64,000 nt of DNA from an uncultured cyanobacterium. Lineage in GTDB: Bacteria > Cyanobacteriota > Cyanobacteriia > Cyanobacteriales > CAWCAG01. The number at the start of each line of letters is the position of its first letter. The stretch's first letter is position 1. Position numbers and translations under genes: made by a program. The DNA lies in NCBI GenBank assembly GCA_963803805.1, contig CAWDOD010000002.1, positions 96,001 through 160,000 of the forward strand. The letters are read 5' to 3'. Of this stretch, positions 1 through 12,257 are shown piece by piece. The notes beneath the pieces are model-generated. The model was given only the letters and a program-made list of their open reading frames with translations. It searched no databases and was not told where the DNA came from.

Positions 1-2
1 CC

Positions 3-389
3 GATACAGCTTATTTTGCCCATAGTAACTATGGAGTAGAATATCATCTTGTTCTACCTTTGAAAAACAACACTAATCAACCACAAACTGTAAATATATC
101 TTGGCAAACTCCTATCAAAGATGAAGGAGGAACAGAAAGATTGTTGTTTACCAATTCTCAAGATCAAAGAATATTTTTTCGAGGTACAGTTAAACTAACT
201 TATCAAGACGAAAAAGAAAGTAAGCAAACTCGTTATTATCATTTAGTACAAAGAAGAGGACAGCAAGGAGAACCTTTATTGACTTTGAATTTGCTTCCTA
301 ATGAAACTAAGGAGGTGCAAGTAGATTTTATTTATCCTCCTGATGTTACTCCACCTCAAGTTTTGACTATTGAAACTTTATCTAATTAA
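3..389 (+). CDS. 3' part of a conserved cyanobacterial protein, DUF3370-like (truncated by window start)
   Basis: Frame is open from base 3 (DTAYFAHSNYGVEYHL...). The C-terminus FRGTVKL..HLVQRRGQQGEPL..VDFIYPPDVTPPQVLT resembles DUF3370 proteins. Confidence 0.7.
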   Translation, partial: DTAYFAHSNYGVEYHLVLPLKNNTNQPQTVNISWQTPIKDEGGTERLLFTNSQDQRIFFRGTVKLTYQDEKESKQTRYYHLVQRRGQQGEPLLTLNLLPNETKEVQVDFIYPPDVTPPQVLTIETLSN

Positions 390-704
390 AATTACCAAAA
401 CCATAAATGGCTTTTGTGAATATAGAGAATAGTTAATACGACTTGAGATAGATAAAAAATACTTTAAGAATAAAAACTTACTACTTAAAAAGTCATAACA
501 ATATTTCTCTAGACGGAAGATAGTTAATTAAACCTTAACTTATAATTGATTATTAAGGCCTGTCTACATTTTTTAGAAAATTGAAGATTCTCTATAAATG
601 TTTTTAGATAGGCTGAGTTGAGAAAAATAGATATTCTATTACATAGCTAATAAAATATCTATTTTTCAAACGCTTTTTAAGTAAGTCTGAGGAGTCATAA
701 AAGA

Positions 705-1508
705 ATGTCCCAATTAATTAAAAATACTTTACTCTGGCGCAGTTTGCGTAAAGGTGCGCTAGCTTTCGCTTTAGTAGGTTTACTTCTTCCTGCTGCTTGT
801 ACCGATACTGACACAGTAGAGGAAGCAGAAATAGAAGAACAAGAAGAAGATAATGTTACCGCAGAAGATGTTACCGAGAATACAGGTGATCTTATTGGTC
901 AAACTGTAACAGTGAGAAGCGAAGTTGAGGCTGTTGGGGAACAGAGTTTCCTCATGAGTGATGAAGAATTGTTTAGTGATGACACAATTTTAGTCATCAA
1001 TGCCACAGGGGAAATTTTTACAGTTCCCACCGATGGTACAGAAGTTCAGGTAACTGGGGAAGTTAGGGAGTTTGTTTTAGCAGATATAGAAGAAGAATTT
1101 GCTGACTTTGAGTGGGACCCAGAAGTTTACGAAGATTATGAAAAAAAAGCGGTTATCATCGCTGAATCTCTCGCCGAAGCGCCAACACCAGACGAATTAA
1201 CTGATAACCCTGAAGAATATTATGGAGAAGTTGTAGCAGTACAAGGGGATGTTGAAGAGGTTCTTAGTGAGAATACTTTTGTAACTGATGATGGCTTACT
1301 TGTGGTTGTTTTAGAGACGGAAGGAGTCTTGACAGAAGGAGAAGAGGTAGCAATGACAGGGGAACTTAAGGAGTTTGTCTTAGCTGATGTCGAAAAAGAC
1401 TATGATCTCACCTGGGATTTAGATGTCAAAGAAAAAATCGAAGCTGAATATGAAACTAAACCAGTATTGATTGCTAAAAAAGTTTATCCATCTGCTGTAG
1501 AAGAGTAA
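705..1508 (+). CDS. Acidic lipoprotein with two internal repeats (possible OB-fold), function unknown
   Basis: Lipobox LPAAC after a hydrophobic stretch. Repeated motif V.VTGE(V/L).EFVLAD(I/V)E. RBS GAGGAG at 689. Confidence 0.7.
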   Translation: MSQLIKNTLLWRSLRKGALAFALVGLLLPAACTDTDTVEEAEIEEQEEDNVTAEDVTENTGDLIGQTVTVRSEVEAVGEQSFLMSDEELFSDDTILVINATGEIFTVPTDGTEVQVTGEVREFVLADIEEEFADFEWDPEVYEDYEKKAVIIAESLAEAPTPDELTDNPEEYYGEVVAVQGDVEEVLSENTFVTDDGLLVVVLETEGVLTEGEEVAMTGELKEFVLADVEKDYDLTWDLDVKEKIEAEYETKPVLIAKKVYPSAVEE

Positions 1509-1529
1509 GTTGCAATAAATAATTAATTG

Positions 1530-1571
1530 AAAGTGGGGGGCGCAATCTAGGAGATCGAGTTCCCCACTTTT
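1530..1571. terminator. Bidirectional intrinsic terminator between convergent genes
   Basis: AAAGTGGGG...CCCCACTTTT inverted repeat flanked by A/T runs. Confidence 0.6.
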
Positions 1572-1573
1572 TA

Positions 1574-4222
1574 TTAAACTTCTACAGGTTGAGAAGCATT
1601 ACTTTCTACAGATTCCCTTTCTTTAATTAAAGCGATCGCCCCACTAACGCTTTCGGGCAAAATTACTACTAAACCATCTTCAGTCACCTTATCTAAGCCC
1701 ACTTTAATGGCTTCAGCTTCATTGAGAATAGTCACACAATCAGAATCAGGTTTTTTCTGGCGAATTCCTTTCACAATCAAATCGGCTACTTCACCTCGCG
1801 CCCTGCCCCTAGTATCTTCATCTTCTTTAACAATAATATGATCAAAGAACTCTGCTGAGAGTTCCCCCAAAGCAATTAAGTCTTCATCACGGCGATCCCC
1901 AGGGCCACCGACTACACCAATACATTGGCCTTGCCAGTTACCGACAAAACCCCCTAAAGCAGCATAACTAGCGGGGTTATGGGCATAATCTATTAAGGCA
2001 TGGCCTTTTTCCAGGGTAAAGAGATTCATTCGACCGGGAGTTTGACCCACAGAAGGGGCAAAAGTTCTTACTCCTTGACGAATAGATTCTATTTCTACTC
2101 CTTGGGTATAAGCTGCTAAACAAGCAGCCAAAGCATTAGCAATCATGAAAGGAGCCATTCCTCCCATGGTGATAGGAATATTAGCAGCCCGTTCAATATG
2201 TACAGTCCAGTCCCCAGAAAGGAGAGAGAGGTAGCCATTTTCATAAATAGCAGCTAAGCCTCCTTCTTTTGTATGCTCCTGCACCAAGGGGTTGTTGGGG
2301 TTCATGGAAAAATAAGCTACTTGCGCTTCCACCTGCTGTGCCATATCTACTACCAAGGGATCATCAGCGTTGAGAATGGCATAACCTTCCGGTCGTACAG
2401 ATTCTACCACCACACTTTTAAGGCGGGCTAATTGCTCTACGGTATCAATATCACCAATACCTAAATGATCTGCGGCGACATTTAAAACCACACCAATATC
2501 GCAAAATTCAAAAGCTAAGCCGGAACGCAAGATCCCCCCACGGGCCGTTTCTAACACCGCCACCTCAACAGTAGGGTCTTTAAGAATCACCAGAGCGCTT
2601 TGAGGCCCTGTGGTATCCCCTTTTTCCACTAAATGCCCATCAATATAAATACCGTCAGTGGTTGTGTAACCAACTACCTGCTCCGTTTGTCCATAAATAT
2701 GGGCAATGAGACGGGTTGTAGTGGTTTTTCCATTAGTACCAGTGATAGAAATGATGGGGATGCGGCTAGGAGTTCCTTTAGGGAAAAGCATCTCCAAAAC
2801 CGGGGCCGCTACATTGCGAGGCAAACCCTTACTAGGACAAACGTGCATCCTAAACCCAGGGGCCGCATTAACTTCAACCACAACTCCAGATACTTCTCTT
2901 AAGGGTTTGGTGATATCCGGTGTAACCACATCGATCCCGGCAATATCTAAGCCAATTACCTTCGCAACCCTCTCTGCTAGCCAAATATTCTCAGGATGAA
3001 TATCGTCAGTACGGTCAACGGCGATACCACCTGTACTCAGATTGGCTGTGGCTCTAAGATAAACGGTTTTCCCTGGCTCTAAGATCGTATCAAGATTGTA
3101 GCCTTGGCGTTGTAAAACATCCGTGGCTGTCTTGTCTAAAGTTATCCTAGTGAGAACATTATCATGACCATCACCTCGGTCAGGATCACGGTTGGTTTGG
3201 TCAATGAGTTGTTGAATCGTTAACTGACCATCCCCAATTACATGGGCTGGAACTCGCTCTGCTACCGCCACAAGTTTGCCATCAATGAGCAAAATACGAT
3301 GGTCGCTACCACGGTAAAAACGCTCTACAATTACCCCACGAGTCTTAGCTTCCTGGCTAGCCAAATCGTAAGCTTGTTCTGCTTCTGACCAATCTTTAAT
3401 ATCAATGGTGATACCTCTACCGTGATTGCCATCAAGAGGCTTAATGACAATGGGATAACCCCCTAAATCTTCAATAGCTCCTTCTAATTCATTGAAGTAA
3501 GAAATAACCGTGCCATTAGGAACAGGAATACCAGCATCTCTGAGGATAGTTTTGGTTCCTTCCTTATCACAAGCCAGTTCTACACCCAAAATACTGGAAT
3601 AGTCGCTTAAGGTGGCTTGAAGGCGTTTTTGATGGACTCCATAACCTAGTTGCAGCATGGCACGGGCATTAAGTCGTAGCCAAGGAATTTTGCGGGCTTC
3701 AGCTTCTCTAACGATGGTTTCAGTGCTAGGGCCAAGGGCAGAACTTTTAGCTAAATGTTCTAGGTCATCTAAATCTTGGTTTAGTTCTTTAGCTGGATAA
3801 GTTCCTGTATTAATAATACTTTGACACAATCTAACTGCTGCTCTACCGGCATAGCGTCCTGCTTGTTCGTCAAGATATTCAAAAACGACTTGATAAACTC
3901 CTGATGTACCCGTTTCCCTGGTACGACCAAAGCCAACAGGCATACCGGCTAGTTCTTGTAGTTCCAGGGCTACGTGTTCGATGATGTGACCCATCATCGT
4001 CCCTTCTTGAACTCTACTAAGGAATCCTCCTCGACAGCCTGGAGAACAGTGGTGTTCTACCAAACTAGGTAAAACCTCAATAAGTCCTTCGTAGAAGCCC
4101 TGAATTTGATTAGAAGGTTTCTCCGCAAGTTCTTCTAAGTCTAAGCGAAGAATGATTAATTTATGCCGTCGAATGCTCCAATAATTGGGGCCGCGTAAGG
4201 TCTGGGTTTTCAGAATTCTCAT
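1574..4222 (-). CDS. cphA: Cyanophycin synthetase
   Basis: N-terminus MRILKTQTLRGPNYWS, ATP-grasp domain, Mur-ligase domain (TGTNGKTTT, DYAHNP); adjacent to cphB. Confidence 0.97.
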   Translation of the reverse strand: MRILKTQTLRGPNYWSIRRHKLIILRLDLEELAEKPSNQIQGFYEGLIEVLPSLVEHHCSPGCRGGFLSRVQEGTMMGHIIEHVALELQELAGMPVGFGRTRETGTSGVYQVVFEYLDEQAGRYAGRAAVRLCQSIINTGTYPAKELNQDLDDLEHLAKSSALGPSTETIVREAEARKIPWLRLNARAMLQLGYGVHQKRLQATLSDYSSILGVELACDKEGTKTILRDAGIPVPNGTVISYFNELEGAIEDLGGYPIVIKPLDGNHGRGITIDIKDWSEAEQAYDLASQEAKTRGVIVERFYRGSDHRILLIDGKLVAVAERVPAHVIGDGQLTIQQLIDQTNRDPDRGDGHDNVLTRITLDKTATDVLQRQGYNLDTILEPGKTVYLRATANLSTGGIAVDRTDDIHPENIWLAERVAKVIGLDIAGIDVVTPDITKPLREVSGVVVEVNAAPGFRMHVCPSKGLPRNVAAPVLEMLFPKGTPSRIPIISITGTNGKTTTTRLIAHIYGQTEQVVGYTTTDGIYIDGHLVEKGDTTGPQSALVILKDPTVEVAVLETARGGILRSGLAFEFCDIGVVLNVAADHLGIGDIDTVEQLARLKSVVVESVRPEGYAILNADDPLVVDMAQQVEAQVAYFSMNPNNPLVQEHTKEGGLAAIYENGYLSLLSGDWTVHIERAANIPITMGGMAPFMIANALAACLAAYTQGVEIESIRQGVRTFAPSVGQTPGRMNLFTLEKGHALIDYAHNPASYAALGGFVGNWQGQCIGVVGGPGDRRDEDLIALGELSAEFFDHIIVKEDEDTRGRARGEVADLIVKGIRQKKPDSDCVTILNEAEAIKVGLDKVTEDGLVVILPESVSGAIALIKERESVESNASQPVEV

Positions 4223-4414
4223 AATGTATTGTCAAGTCGGACTCGGAAGCACCAAGAAGCCATATGTTATACCATAGTTTCTCGCTTTCAAAAGAAATTA
4301 AACTGTTACTGATGAACGGTTTTTTCAGTTGTTGATGTCAAGGTAACTATTTCTTGAGTTATTTTAGTCTCTATCAAGTCGCCCTAAATTATCTCCTAGG
4401 TAAGAATCACTGCT

Positions 4415-5281
4415 TCAATTAGAAGAAAGTACTTGGCGAGATTGAACTTGATAGCGATCGCCATGACAGAGAATGTGTAGGCGCAGGTTGTGAATATTAA
4501 TCGGGTCAGCAGTTCCAACTTTTTTTTGGTTAGTATAAGACAAGCATAAAGGATCTACAATTGTCACGGTTCCTTTACCAATTACTCGTAATACCCCATC
4601 CTTTTCAAAAACAGCACAGGTATCTTCATCAATTCCCACTCCTAAAAGATGGGGATACATAGCCACAGCGCTCAGTAAGCGGGCCATACGATTACGATTG
4701 TGGAAGTGTTGATCAACAATCACTTCAGGGATCATATTTAGCCCTGTAGCTATATCCACCAAAGAGCGATTAGGGGACTCACCACTACCCCCACCAGCAA
4801 TCATTTGATCCCCCATAACCGCAGCCCCCGCACTAGTCCCAGCTAAAGTTACTTCCCCTAGCTGTACTCGCTGCCGTACTCTCTCAGCAATGGGAGTATC
4901 TGTTAACAAGCCGCAGAGTCTAAGCTGATCTCCTCCGGTCATAAAAACGCCGGTACACTCTTCTATATATTCTTTGTAGCTGCGGTCATCTCCTTGTTGG
5001 CGATCGCGGATATCCAAGATTTTGATTTGCTTGGCCCCCATCTCTTCAAAAATACGTTCGTAGCGACTACCTGTAAGGGCTGGTTCCCTAGAAGCTGAGG
5101 GAATAATCGCAATAACTGCCTCCGAAGCACCTGCCCGCTTAAAAAAGTGGTGCAGGATTTCTTTCCCATGAACTTTATCTTCAGCGCCACCAATCACCAA
5201 GATGGCAGTTTTTGTTGATAAGGACATCTTGGTTTCTGACATTTGAGACTCCAGTTGCAACATAACCTCACTTTTTAACAT
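4415..5281 (-). CDS. cphB: Cyanophycinase (start may be 5263)
   Basis: IGGAEDK, TGGDQ, GTSAGA catalytic Ser, DQHF motifs. Confidence 0.96.
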   Translation of the reverse strand: MLKSEVMLQLESQMSETKMSLSTKTAILVIGGAEDKVHGKEILHHFFKRAGASEAVIAIIPSASREPALTGSRYERIFEEMGAKQIKILDIRDRQQGDDRSYKEYIEECTGVFMTGGDQLRLCGLLTDTPIAERVRQRVQLGEVTLAGTSAGAAVMGDQMIAGGGSGESPNRSLVDIATGLNMIPEVIVDQHFHNRNRMARLLSAVAMYPHLLGVGIDEDTCAVFEKDGVLRVIGKGTVTIVDPLCLSYTNQKKVGTADPINIHNLRLHILCHGDRYQVQSRQVLSSN

Positions 5282-5476
5282 AGGGAAAACTAATATTTAT
5301 TTTTGCTTGCTTACCCGGTGTTTTTGCAAGAAAACACTAGATACATTTAAGAGAAAAAGAATAACTGGTCATAAAACTAAGTATTAGAATTAAAGATTAT
5401 ATGACGGCGACAATACTTGGGACAATAGGTATTCTTAAGTGTCAAAGCTCTTAACCATAATATTTTCATAACTACT

Positions 5477-6181
5477 GTGCGCATTGATGTTATCACTTTG
5501 TTTCCTGACTTTTTCTGTTCGCCCTTGAGTTCGAGCTTATTAGGTAAAGCTTTGGCAAAGCAAATCGCTACTGTTCATTTACACAATCTGAGGGATTTTA
5601 CTACAGATAAACATAGAAGGGTAGATGATGAACCCTATGGTGGTGGTGTTGGTATGCTGCTTAAACCAGAGCCTATTTTTGCGGCTGTGGAATCTTTGCC
5701 TGTATTACCTAAACGCGACATTATCTTGCTCACACCTCAAGGTCAACCCCTAAATCAAAAGTTATTGCAAGAATTAGCAACAGATTATGAACAATTGGTA
5801 TTGCTCTGTGGTCACTATGAGGGAGTGGATGAACGGGTTCGTAATTTGGTGAGGCGGGAGGTATCTTTAGGGGATTTTGTGCTTACTTGCGGGGAGATCC
5901 CTGCTTTAGCTTTGATTAATGGAGTTGTGCGGCTATTACCAGGGACTGTTGGTAAGGAAGAATCCCTGAAAGCAGAAAGTTTTGAAGAGGGTTTGCTAGA
6001 TTATCCTCAATATACTAGACCTGCTGTTTTTCGAGGCTGGGAAGTGCCAGAGGTACTGCGTTCAGGAAACCATCAAAAAATCGCTCGTTGGCGCAAAGAA
6101 GAGCAAATTAAAAGGACTAAAGAACGTCGCCCTGATTTGTGGGAGGATGGGGAGATGGGGAGATGGGGAGAAAACTATTAG
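5477..6181 (+). CDS. trmD: tRNA (guanine37-N1)-methyltransferase
   Basis: VDDEPYGGGVGM, CGHYEGVDER, SLGDFVLTCGE, YPQYTRP motifs. Confidence 0.97.
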   Translation: MRIDVITLFPDFFCSPLSSSLLGKALAKQIATVHLHNLRDFTTDKHRRVDDEPYGGGVGMLLKPEPIFAAVESLPVLPKRDIILLTPQGQPLNQKLLQELATDYEQLVLLCGHYEGVDERVRNLVRREVSLGDFVLTCGEIPALALINGVVRLLPGTVGKEESLKAESFEEGLLDYPQYTRPAVFRGWEVPEVLRSGNHQKIARWRKEEQIKRTKERRPDLWEDGEMGRWGENY

Positions 6182-6210
6182 CCACTAGTACTGATTATTG
6201 ATCATTGAGA

Positions 6211-6958
6211 TCAAGTTGCTACTGCCACCTTAAGCATTTCTTCTGGGGTGAGGTTGTGGTAAACCACCTCACCATCGAGAAACCAAACAATACGTTGGGT
6301 TAAACGAGCTACTTCTGGCTCGTGTGTTACCATGATAACGGTCATGCCGCTACTATTTAACTCAGCGAAAATATCCATGACTTCGCGGGTGGTGTGGGAA
6401 TCTAAAGCCCCCGTTGGTTCATCAGCTAGCAGGATAACAGGTTGGTTAACGATGGCACGGGCGATCGCCACTCTTTGTTGTTGCCCCCCAGAAAGTTGGT
6501 TAGGTTTATTGTTAAGACGACTTGACAAACCCACTCTAGTTAAGGCAACTATGGCGCGATCACGTCTTTCTTGGCTAGAAACTCCGGCATACAACATGGG
6601 TAAGATGACGTTATCCAAAGCAGTCATTTGGGGTAAGAGATGAAATTGTTGGAAGACGAAGCCGATTTTGAGGTTGCGAATTGTCGCTAGTTCTGATTCG
6701 GGCAAAATCGAGACATCAATATTATCAAGATAGTAACTTCCTGATGTTGGGCGATCTAAACAACCGATGGTGTTCATCGCCGTAGATTTTCCTGAACCAG
6801 AAGGCCCCCATAATTGAGCAATATTCGCCTTTTTCTACTGTTAAGTTAACCTCAGAAAGAGCGCGTACTTCAGCATTACCACTACCATAAATTTTAGAAA
6901 TATTTTCTAAACGAACAATGGCAGATTTGTAAGGGGAATTGTTAATTGAATTCAACAT
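6211..6958 (-). CDS. ABC transporter ATP-binding protein (LolD/MacB-like) split by one extra base
   Basis: Removing one G from the G5 run (C run at 6805-6809) restores Walker A GPSGSGKST. LSGGQQQRVAIARA and ILLADEPT follow. Confidence 0.88.
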
Positions 6959-7110
6959 ATTTATTTGTCATAAAAATTACTAAGCTAAAAGGATTTTCCT
7001 TTACCCCTTAACTCTTAAACCTTAATTGTCGATTGAAAGTTGAAAGTCTACTGGGCAAATACTCTAACCTTGCTCCAAAATAGGGGATGTGCCAGAATTA
7101 ATTCCTCCCT

Positions 7111-10100
7111 ATGTCTAAATCTGAATCTGATCATTCTTCATCACTATCTTCACAAGATAGCAAGAAATTCTTTGTTGTTGGTGTTGGTGCTTCTGCTGGT
7201 GGGCTGCGCGCATTAGAAGAGTTTTTTGAGAATATGCCCACAGATAGCGGGGCGGCTTTTATTACTATTCAACACCTCTCCCCAGACTTCAAGAGTTTGA
7301 TGAAAGAACTCTTGGAGCGGCACACGGAGATGAGTATTCATAAAGTGGAGGATGGCATGAGATTGCAGTCTAACTCCATCTATTTAATCCCTCCAGGGCA
7401 AAATCTGGTTGTTGAAGAGGAACAGTTACGCTTACAAAAAAGAGAAGATAAAATTTATCATCGCCCTAATTTTCCTATTGATCTATTTTTCAAATCTTTG
7501 GGGAAAAATTATCAAGAACGAGCTATTGGGGTAGTTCTTTCTGGAACTGGTAGCGATGGCACTCAAGGTTTACGAGACATTCATGAAGCTGGGGGTATTA
7601 CCCTAGTTCAAGAGCCAAGTACTGCTGAATTTGATGGTATGCCTCGCAGCGCGATCGCCACAGGAGTGATTAACCGAATTCTCTCACCGCGAGATTTAGC
7701 TGAAACTATTTATCAGTTTTTAAAATCCCCCACAAATCCTGACAAGTTTAGTCAGCAGCAAGCACTTTCTTCTAATTCTCCAGAATTACAAAATATTACT
7801 AGCCTGCTAGCACGCTACAAACAAGTAGATTTTTCTCACTATAAAAGTAATACCTTAAGTCGGCGTATTCATCGCCGTTGCTTAATCACAGGTTGTACCA
7901 CTATAGAAGAGTATATTGAGCTTCTGGAAATATCGGCTGAGGAACGAGAAATTCTCCGGGGTGACTTACTAATTGGTGTAACTAATTTTTTCCGCGATCG
8001 CCCTGCTTGGGACTTTTTAGCTAAAAATGTTATTGACAACCTATTAAAGCAAGCCGAATCTGGGCAAGAGTTAAGATTTTGGATTACAGCTTGTTCTACG
8101 GGTGAAGAAGCTTATTCTTTAGCCATTTTGGTAGATGAGGCTATTTCTAAATTCAATAAGCGAGTTAAAGTCAAGATTTTTGCTACGGATATTAACCGCC
8201 TGGCTTTAGAGAAAGCTGCTCAAGGAGTTTATCCAGAAAACATCGCTAATGAAATTAACCAAGAGCGCTTGGCAAAATATTTTACTCCCAAAGAAGAAGG
8301 CTTTCAAGTGAGTCGGAAACTACGGGAGATGTTGATTTTTGCTCCTCACGATTTAACCAAAGATGCTGGTTTTACTCGCATTCACATTATTAGTTGTCGC
8401 AATGTTTTGATTTATATGCAGCCCCAGTTGCAACAACAAGTTTTGCGTAATCTTCACTTAGCTTTAACAGTTAAAGGGACTCTTTTCTTAGGAGAGTCAG
8501 AGACGTTAGGAGATTTTAATGAGGAATTTGTTACTCTGCACAAAACCTGGAAGCTTTATCAGAAAAAACGGGATGTGAGGTTGAATTTGCCTTTGCGGGG
8601 AGTTGAGAAACTCGGCACTAATATGGTGAATCCTCCTAGTGAGAAGAAGATTAGTACTAGCAGAAGAGAACCCGTACTAGAAGCTGCTTTAAACTTGGTT
8701 TTAGAACAGCAGAAAAGCACCTGTTTGTTGGTAAATAATGAGAATCAGGTTTTGTATTTATTTGAAGATTTGGCTAATGTCTTGAAACTACCTACGGGGG
8801 AATTATCTAGGGATGTTAATAAGCTAGTCATTTCCGCCTTGAAACTACCTTTGAATACGGCGCTTCACCGAGCAAAAAAAGAGAAAAAACCGATTCTTTA
8901 TACAGGTATTAAACTGGATCAAGAAGATGATAGCCGCAGAGTCAACCTCAAAGTTAGCCGGAATAAAACCAACAAACTGGCTGGAGATTTTTTGATGGTG
9001 ACGATTACTGAAAATAATCAATCTCCTCCCTCTAAATTAGTTGGTGAAAGCTTTGAGGCTGATGCAGAAACGGCCCAACGTATTACAGAATTAGAAGAAG
9101 AATTACAACATAGTAGTGAAAACCTACAAGCAGTTATTGAAGAATTAGAAACAACTAATGAAGAACAACAAGCTACCAATGAAGAGTTAATTGCTTCTAA
9201 TGAAGAGTTGCAAAGTACCAATGAAGAACTACATTCAGTTAATGAAGAGTTATATAGCGTTAACAGGGAGTATCAAGCGAAAATTCAACAGTTAACTCAA
9301 CTCAATGATGATGTAGATAACTTACTTAGTTCTATAGATATTGGGGTAGTGTTTTTAGATAAAGACTTGAAAATTCGTAAATTTACCTCCGCCGCCACAG
9401 AAGCAATTAATTTAGTTGAGGCAGATATTGGTCGTCCCCTCAAACACCTTTCCCATAATATGGACTGCAATAATTTACTAGAAATGTTGCAGGAAGTTGT
9501 TGAAATTGAAGAGCCTTTGGCAAAGGAAGTCAAGTTAGTAGAAACAGATACGAATCTTTTACTACGCATTCATCCCTATCGCCAAAATGAAGGCTTTAGT
9601 GATGGGATTGTCCTAACTTTTGTTGATATTGACGATATTAAGAAAGCAGAAGAAGCCCTGAAACAAGCAGAAGAAGATTTGCGTCGGGCGAATGAAAGTT
9701 TAGAAAGGAGAGTAGAAGAACGTACTGCGGCCTTGCAAGAAAGTAAAGAACGCTTCCAGGCAACCTTTGAACAAGCAGCAGTGGGTATTGCCCATGTTTC
9801 CCTAGAAGGGAAATGGTTAAGGGTGAATGGCAGGATTTGTGACATTATTGGCTATACCCCAGAAGAACTACTCCAACTAACTTTCCAGGATATTACTCAC
9901 CCCGATGATTTAGAAGCTGATTTAGGTTATGTGAAGCAAATGTTGGCCGGAGAAATTAACAATTACTCTATGGATAAACGCTACATCCATAAAAATGGCG
10001 TGGAGGTGTGGATTTGCTTAACTGTATCTCTAGTCAAAACTAAGACAGGAAAGGCAAAATACTTTATTTCTGTAGTAGAAGATATCAACGAACGCAGGCA

Positions 10101-12054
10101 AATTCAAGAACAACTACGCCAAGCCAAAGAACACCTAGAGTTGCGAGTAGAAGAACGCACTGCAGATTTATATGAAAGTCAAGAAAGATTATCTTTGTTT
10201 ATCCAACACGTTCCAAGTGCGATCGCTATGTTTGATTCCCGAATGTGTTACTTAGCTACTAGTCGCCGTTGGCTGATTGATTATAACCTTTCCCAAGAAG
10301 ATATTATTGGCCGCTCCCACTACGATGTTTTTCCCGAAATTCCTGAACGTTGGCAAGAAGATTACCGCGAGGTTCTCCAAGGAGGAACTGTCAAATCAGA
10401 AGAAGATAGCTTTGTTCGTGAAAATGGTGATATAGATTGGCTACGCTATGAACTTCGTCCTTGGTTTACCAAAGAAGGGACAATTGGCGGTTTGATTATG
10501 TTCACAGAAGTAATCACAGAAATGAAACAGGCAAAAGAAGCTTTACGCCAAGCTAACTTAGAATTGGAACAAAGGGTTAGTGGGCGTACCGCAGAACTTG
10601 AGGCAGCTAAAGATAAAGCGGAGGCTGCTGATCGGGCAAAGAGTGCTTTTATTGCCCATATGAGCCATGAGTTACGCACTCCCTTGAATGGGGTTTTAGG
10701 ATTTGCTCAAATTCTCAAACGAGATTCGACTTTAACCCCGAAGCAATTTAACGGTATTGACATTATTCAAAAATCTGGCAGCCATTTACTAACTTTAATT
10801 GAAGACATTCTTTATATTGCTAAAATCGAAGCGGGTAAATTGGAATTACAGAAGAGTGAGTTTCATTTCCCCTCTTTTCTCGATAACCTCATTGCTTTAA
10901 TTAGCGTCCGTGCCGAACAAAAGGGCATTGCTTTTAATTATCAAGCTCTTTCTGGACTACCTACCACTATAAAAACAGATGAAACTCGCCTGCGGCAAAT
11001 TCTTCTTAATTTACTTGGTAATGCCGTTAAATTCACCCTAACTGGCGGTGTTGTTTTTAAAGTTGGTTATTTAACTAGTTTTGAACCAGATACGAAAACT
11101 ACTAATTCACCTAGCATTATCAGATTTTATATTGAAGATACAGGGCCCGGTATTCCCCCAGAGAAGTTAGAAGAAATATTTTTACCTTTTCAGCAAATAG
11201 TAGATAGCCATATCCCCAATAAAGGCACAGGATTAGGTTTAACTATTAGTCAAAATATTGCTGAACAAATGGGCAGTGAAATTCAAGTAACTAGCCAATT
11301 AGAAAAGGGTAGTAGCTTTTGGTTTGATCTAGAGATTCCTGAAGTTGCGGGTAATACTGTGGGGGACGAAGGGGCATTCCCTCCTACAAGTCCTCAAATG
11401 AAAGGATATAAGGGAAAAAGACATAAAATCTTGATAGCAGATGATCAACCTAATAATCGTGCTGTTTTAGTTAATTTACTAAGTCCTTTGGGTTTTGAGA
11501 TATCAGAAGTAAGTAATGGTGCAGAAGCTTTAACCAAAGCCAAAGAATTTCAGCCAGATTTAATTTTATTAGATTTAGTAATGCCAGTTTTAGATGGCTT
11601 TGAAGTAGCCAGAAGATTGCAACAGGAGCCTACTTTGCAAGATAAAATAGTCTTTGCTATTTCCGCTAGCGCTCTTCCTAAAGACGAGTCTTATAGTTAT
11701 CGAGCTGGTTGCCATGCTTTTTTACCCAAACCAGTTAACTTCGACCAACTTTTAGAGTTAATTCAAACTCATTTAGAATTGGAATGGAGTTATGGTGAAA
11801 ATACGCTCTTAATTTCCCCTCAAGAAGAACCTAGGGAAAAAACCTCTTTCCCTACTTGCCCTAACCAGGAAGTGACAGTTTTATTGTTCGATTTAGCTAA
11901 ACGAGGGGATATCAGAGGCATCTTGGAGCAAGCTACTCAGTTAGAACAACAAGATGAGAAATTTATTCACTTCGCCAATGAAGTTAGCCAGCTAGCCCAA
12001 AGCTTTCAAATTCAGAAATTACAACAATTCTTACGTAAGTGTAGAGAATTATAA
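7111..12054 (+). CDS. CheB methylesterase / CheR methyltransferase / PAS / His kinase / receiver hybrid
   Basis: GASAGG, IQHL and GSDG (CheB); [17 protein letters not shown] and CRNVLIY (CheR); ELQSTNEEL coiled coil; PAS domains; [16 protein letters not shown]; receiver LLDLVMP. Confidence 0.93.
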   Translation: MSKSESDHSSSLSSQDSKKFFVVGVGASAGGLRALEEFFENMPTDSGAAFITIQHLSPDFKSLMKELLERHTEMSIHKVEDGMRLQSNSIYLIPPGQNLVVEEEQLRLQKREDKIYHRPNFPIDLFFKSLGKNYQERAIGVVLSGTGSDGTQGLRDIHEAGGITLVQEPSTAEFDGMPRSAIATGVINRILSPRDLAETIYQFLKSPTNPDKFSQQQALSSNSPELQNITSLLARYKQVDFSHYKSNTLSRRIHRRCLITGCTTIEEYIELLEISAEEREILRGDLLIGVTNFFRDRPAWDFLAKNVIDNLLKQAESGQELRFWITACSTGEEAYSLAILVDEAISKFNKRVKVKIFATDINRLALEKAAQGVYPENIANEINQERLAKYFTPKEEGFQVSRKLREMLIFAPHDLTKDAGFTRIHIISCRNVLIYMQPQLQQQVLRNLHLALTVKGTLFLGESETLGDFNEEFVTLHKTWKLYQKKRDVRLNLPLRGVEKLGTNMVNPPSEKKISTSRREPVLEAALNLVLEQQKSTCLLVNNENQVLYLFEDLANVLKLPTGELSRDVNKLVISALKLPLNTALHRAKKEKKPILYTGIKLDQEDDSRRVNLKVSRNKTNKLAGDFLMVTITENNQSPPSKLVGESFEADAETAQRITELEEELQHSSENLQAVIEELETTNEEQQATNEELIASNEELQSTNEELHSVNEELYSVNREYQAKIQQLTQLNDDVDNLLSSIDIGVVFLDKDLKIRKFTSAATEAINLVEADIGRPLKHLSHNMDCNNLLEMLQEVVEIEEPLAKEVKLVETDTNLLLRIHPYRQNEGFSDGIVLTFVDIDDIKKAEEALKQAEEDLRRANESLERRVEERTAALQESKERFQATFEQAAVGIAHVSLEGKWLRVNGRICDIIGYTPEELLQLTFQDITHPDDLEADLGYVKQMLAGEINNYSMDKRYIHKNGVEVWICLTVSLVKTKTGKAKYFISVVEDINERRQIQEQLRQAKEHLELRVEERTADLYESQERLSLFIQHVPSAIAMFDSRMCYLATSRRWLIDYNLSQEDIIGRSHYDVFPEIPERWQEDYREVLQGGTVKSEEDSFVRENGDIDWLRYELRPWFTKEGTIGGLIMFTEVITEMKQAKEALRQANLELEQRVSGRTAELEAAKDKAEAADRAKSAFIAHMSHELRTPLNGVLGFAQILKRDSTLTPKQFNGIDIIQKSGSHLLTLIEDILYIAKIEAGKLELQKSEFHFPSFLDNLIALISVRAEQKGIAFNYQALSGLPTTIKTDETRLRQILLNLLGNAVKFTLTGGVVFKVGYLTSFEPDTKTTNSPSIIRFYIEDTGPGIPPEKLEEIFLPFQQIVDSHIPNKGTGLGLTISQNIAEQMGSEIQVTSQLEKGSSFWFDLEIPEVAGNTVGDEGAFPPTSPQMKGYKGKRHKILIADDQPNNRAVLVNLLSPLGFEISEVSNGAEALTKAKEFQPDLILLDLVMPVLDGFEVARRLQQEPTLQDKIVFAISASALPKDESYSYRAGCHAFLPKPVNFDQLLELIQTHLELEWSYGENTLLISPQEEPREKTSFPTCPNQEVTVLLFDLAKRGDIRGILEQATQLEQQDEKFIHFANEVSQLAQSFQIQKLQQFLRKCREL

Positions 12055-12257
12055 AAGCACATTGCTCCACTTTAAAAAAGAAAAATATACATCATATACA
12101 TTAATGTAAACACTAGCGCAAACCTTAAAGCGTCATAAATAGAAGATATACAGCTAGTAACTTGTAGAATTTAGTATCTTAACTACTGAGGCAATTTTAC
12201 TAAATCAACTTACTGAGTTGTTTTAACTAGGCTTAGGTAGGAATAAACTTTTAGTTT

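Noticed and set aside
2633-2999. Antisense and alternate-frame ORFs inside cphA, and similar ones inside other long genes
   Set aside because: Shadow ORFs of well-supported coding sequences
5282-5476. NtcA box for cphBA
   Set aside because: No GTA-N8-TAC; the best match GAC-N8-TAC is too weak
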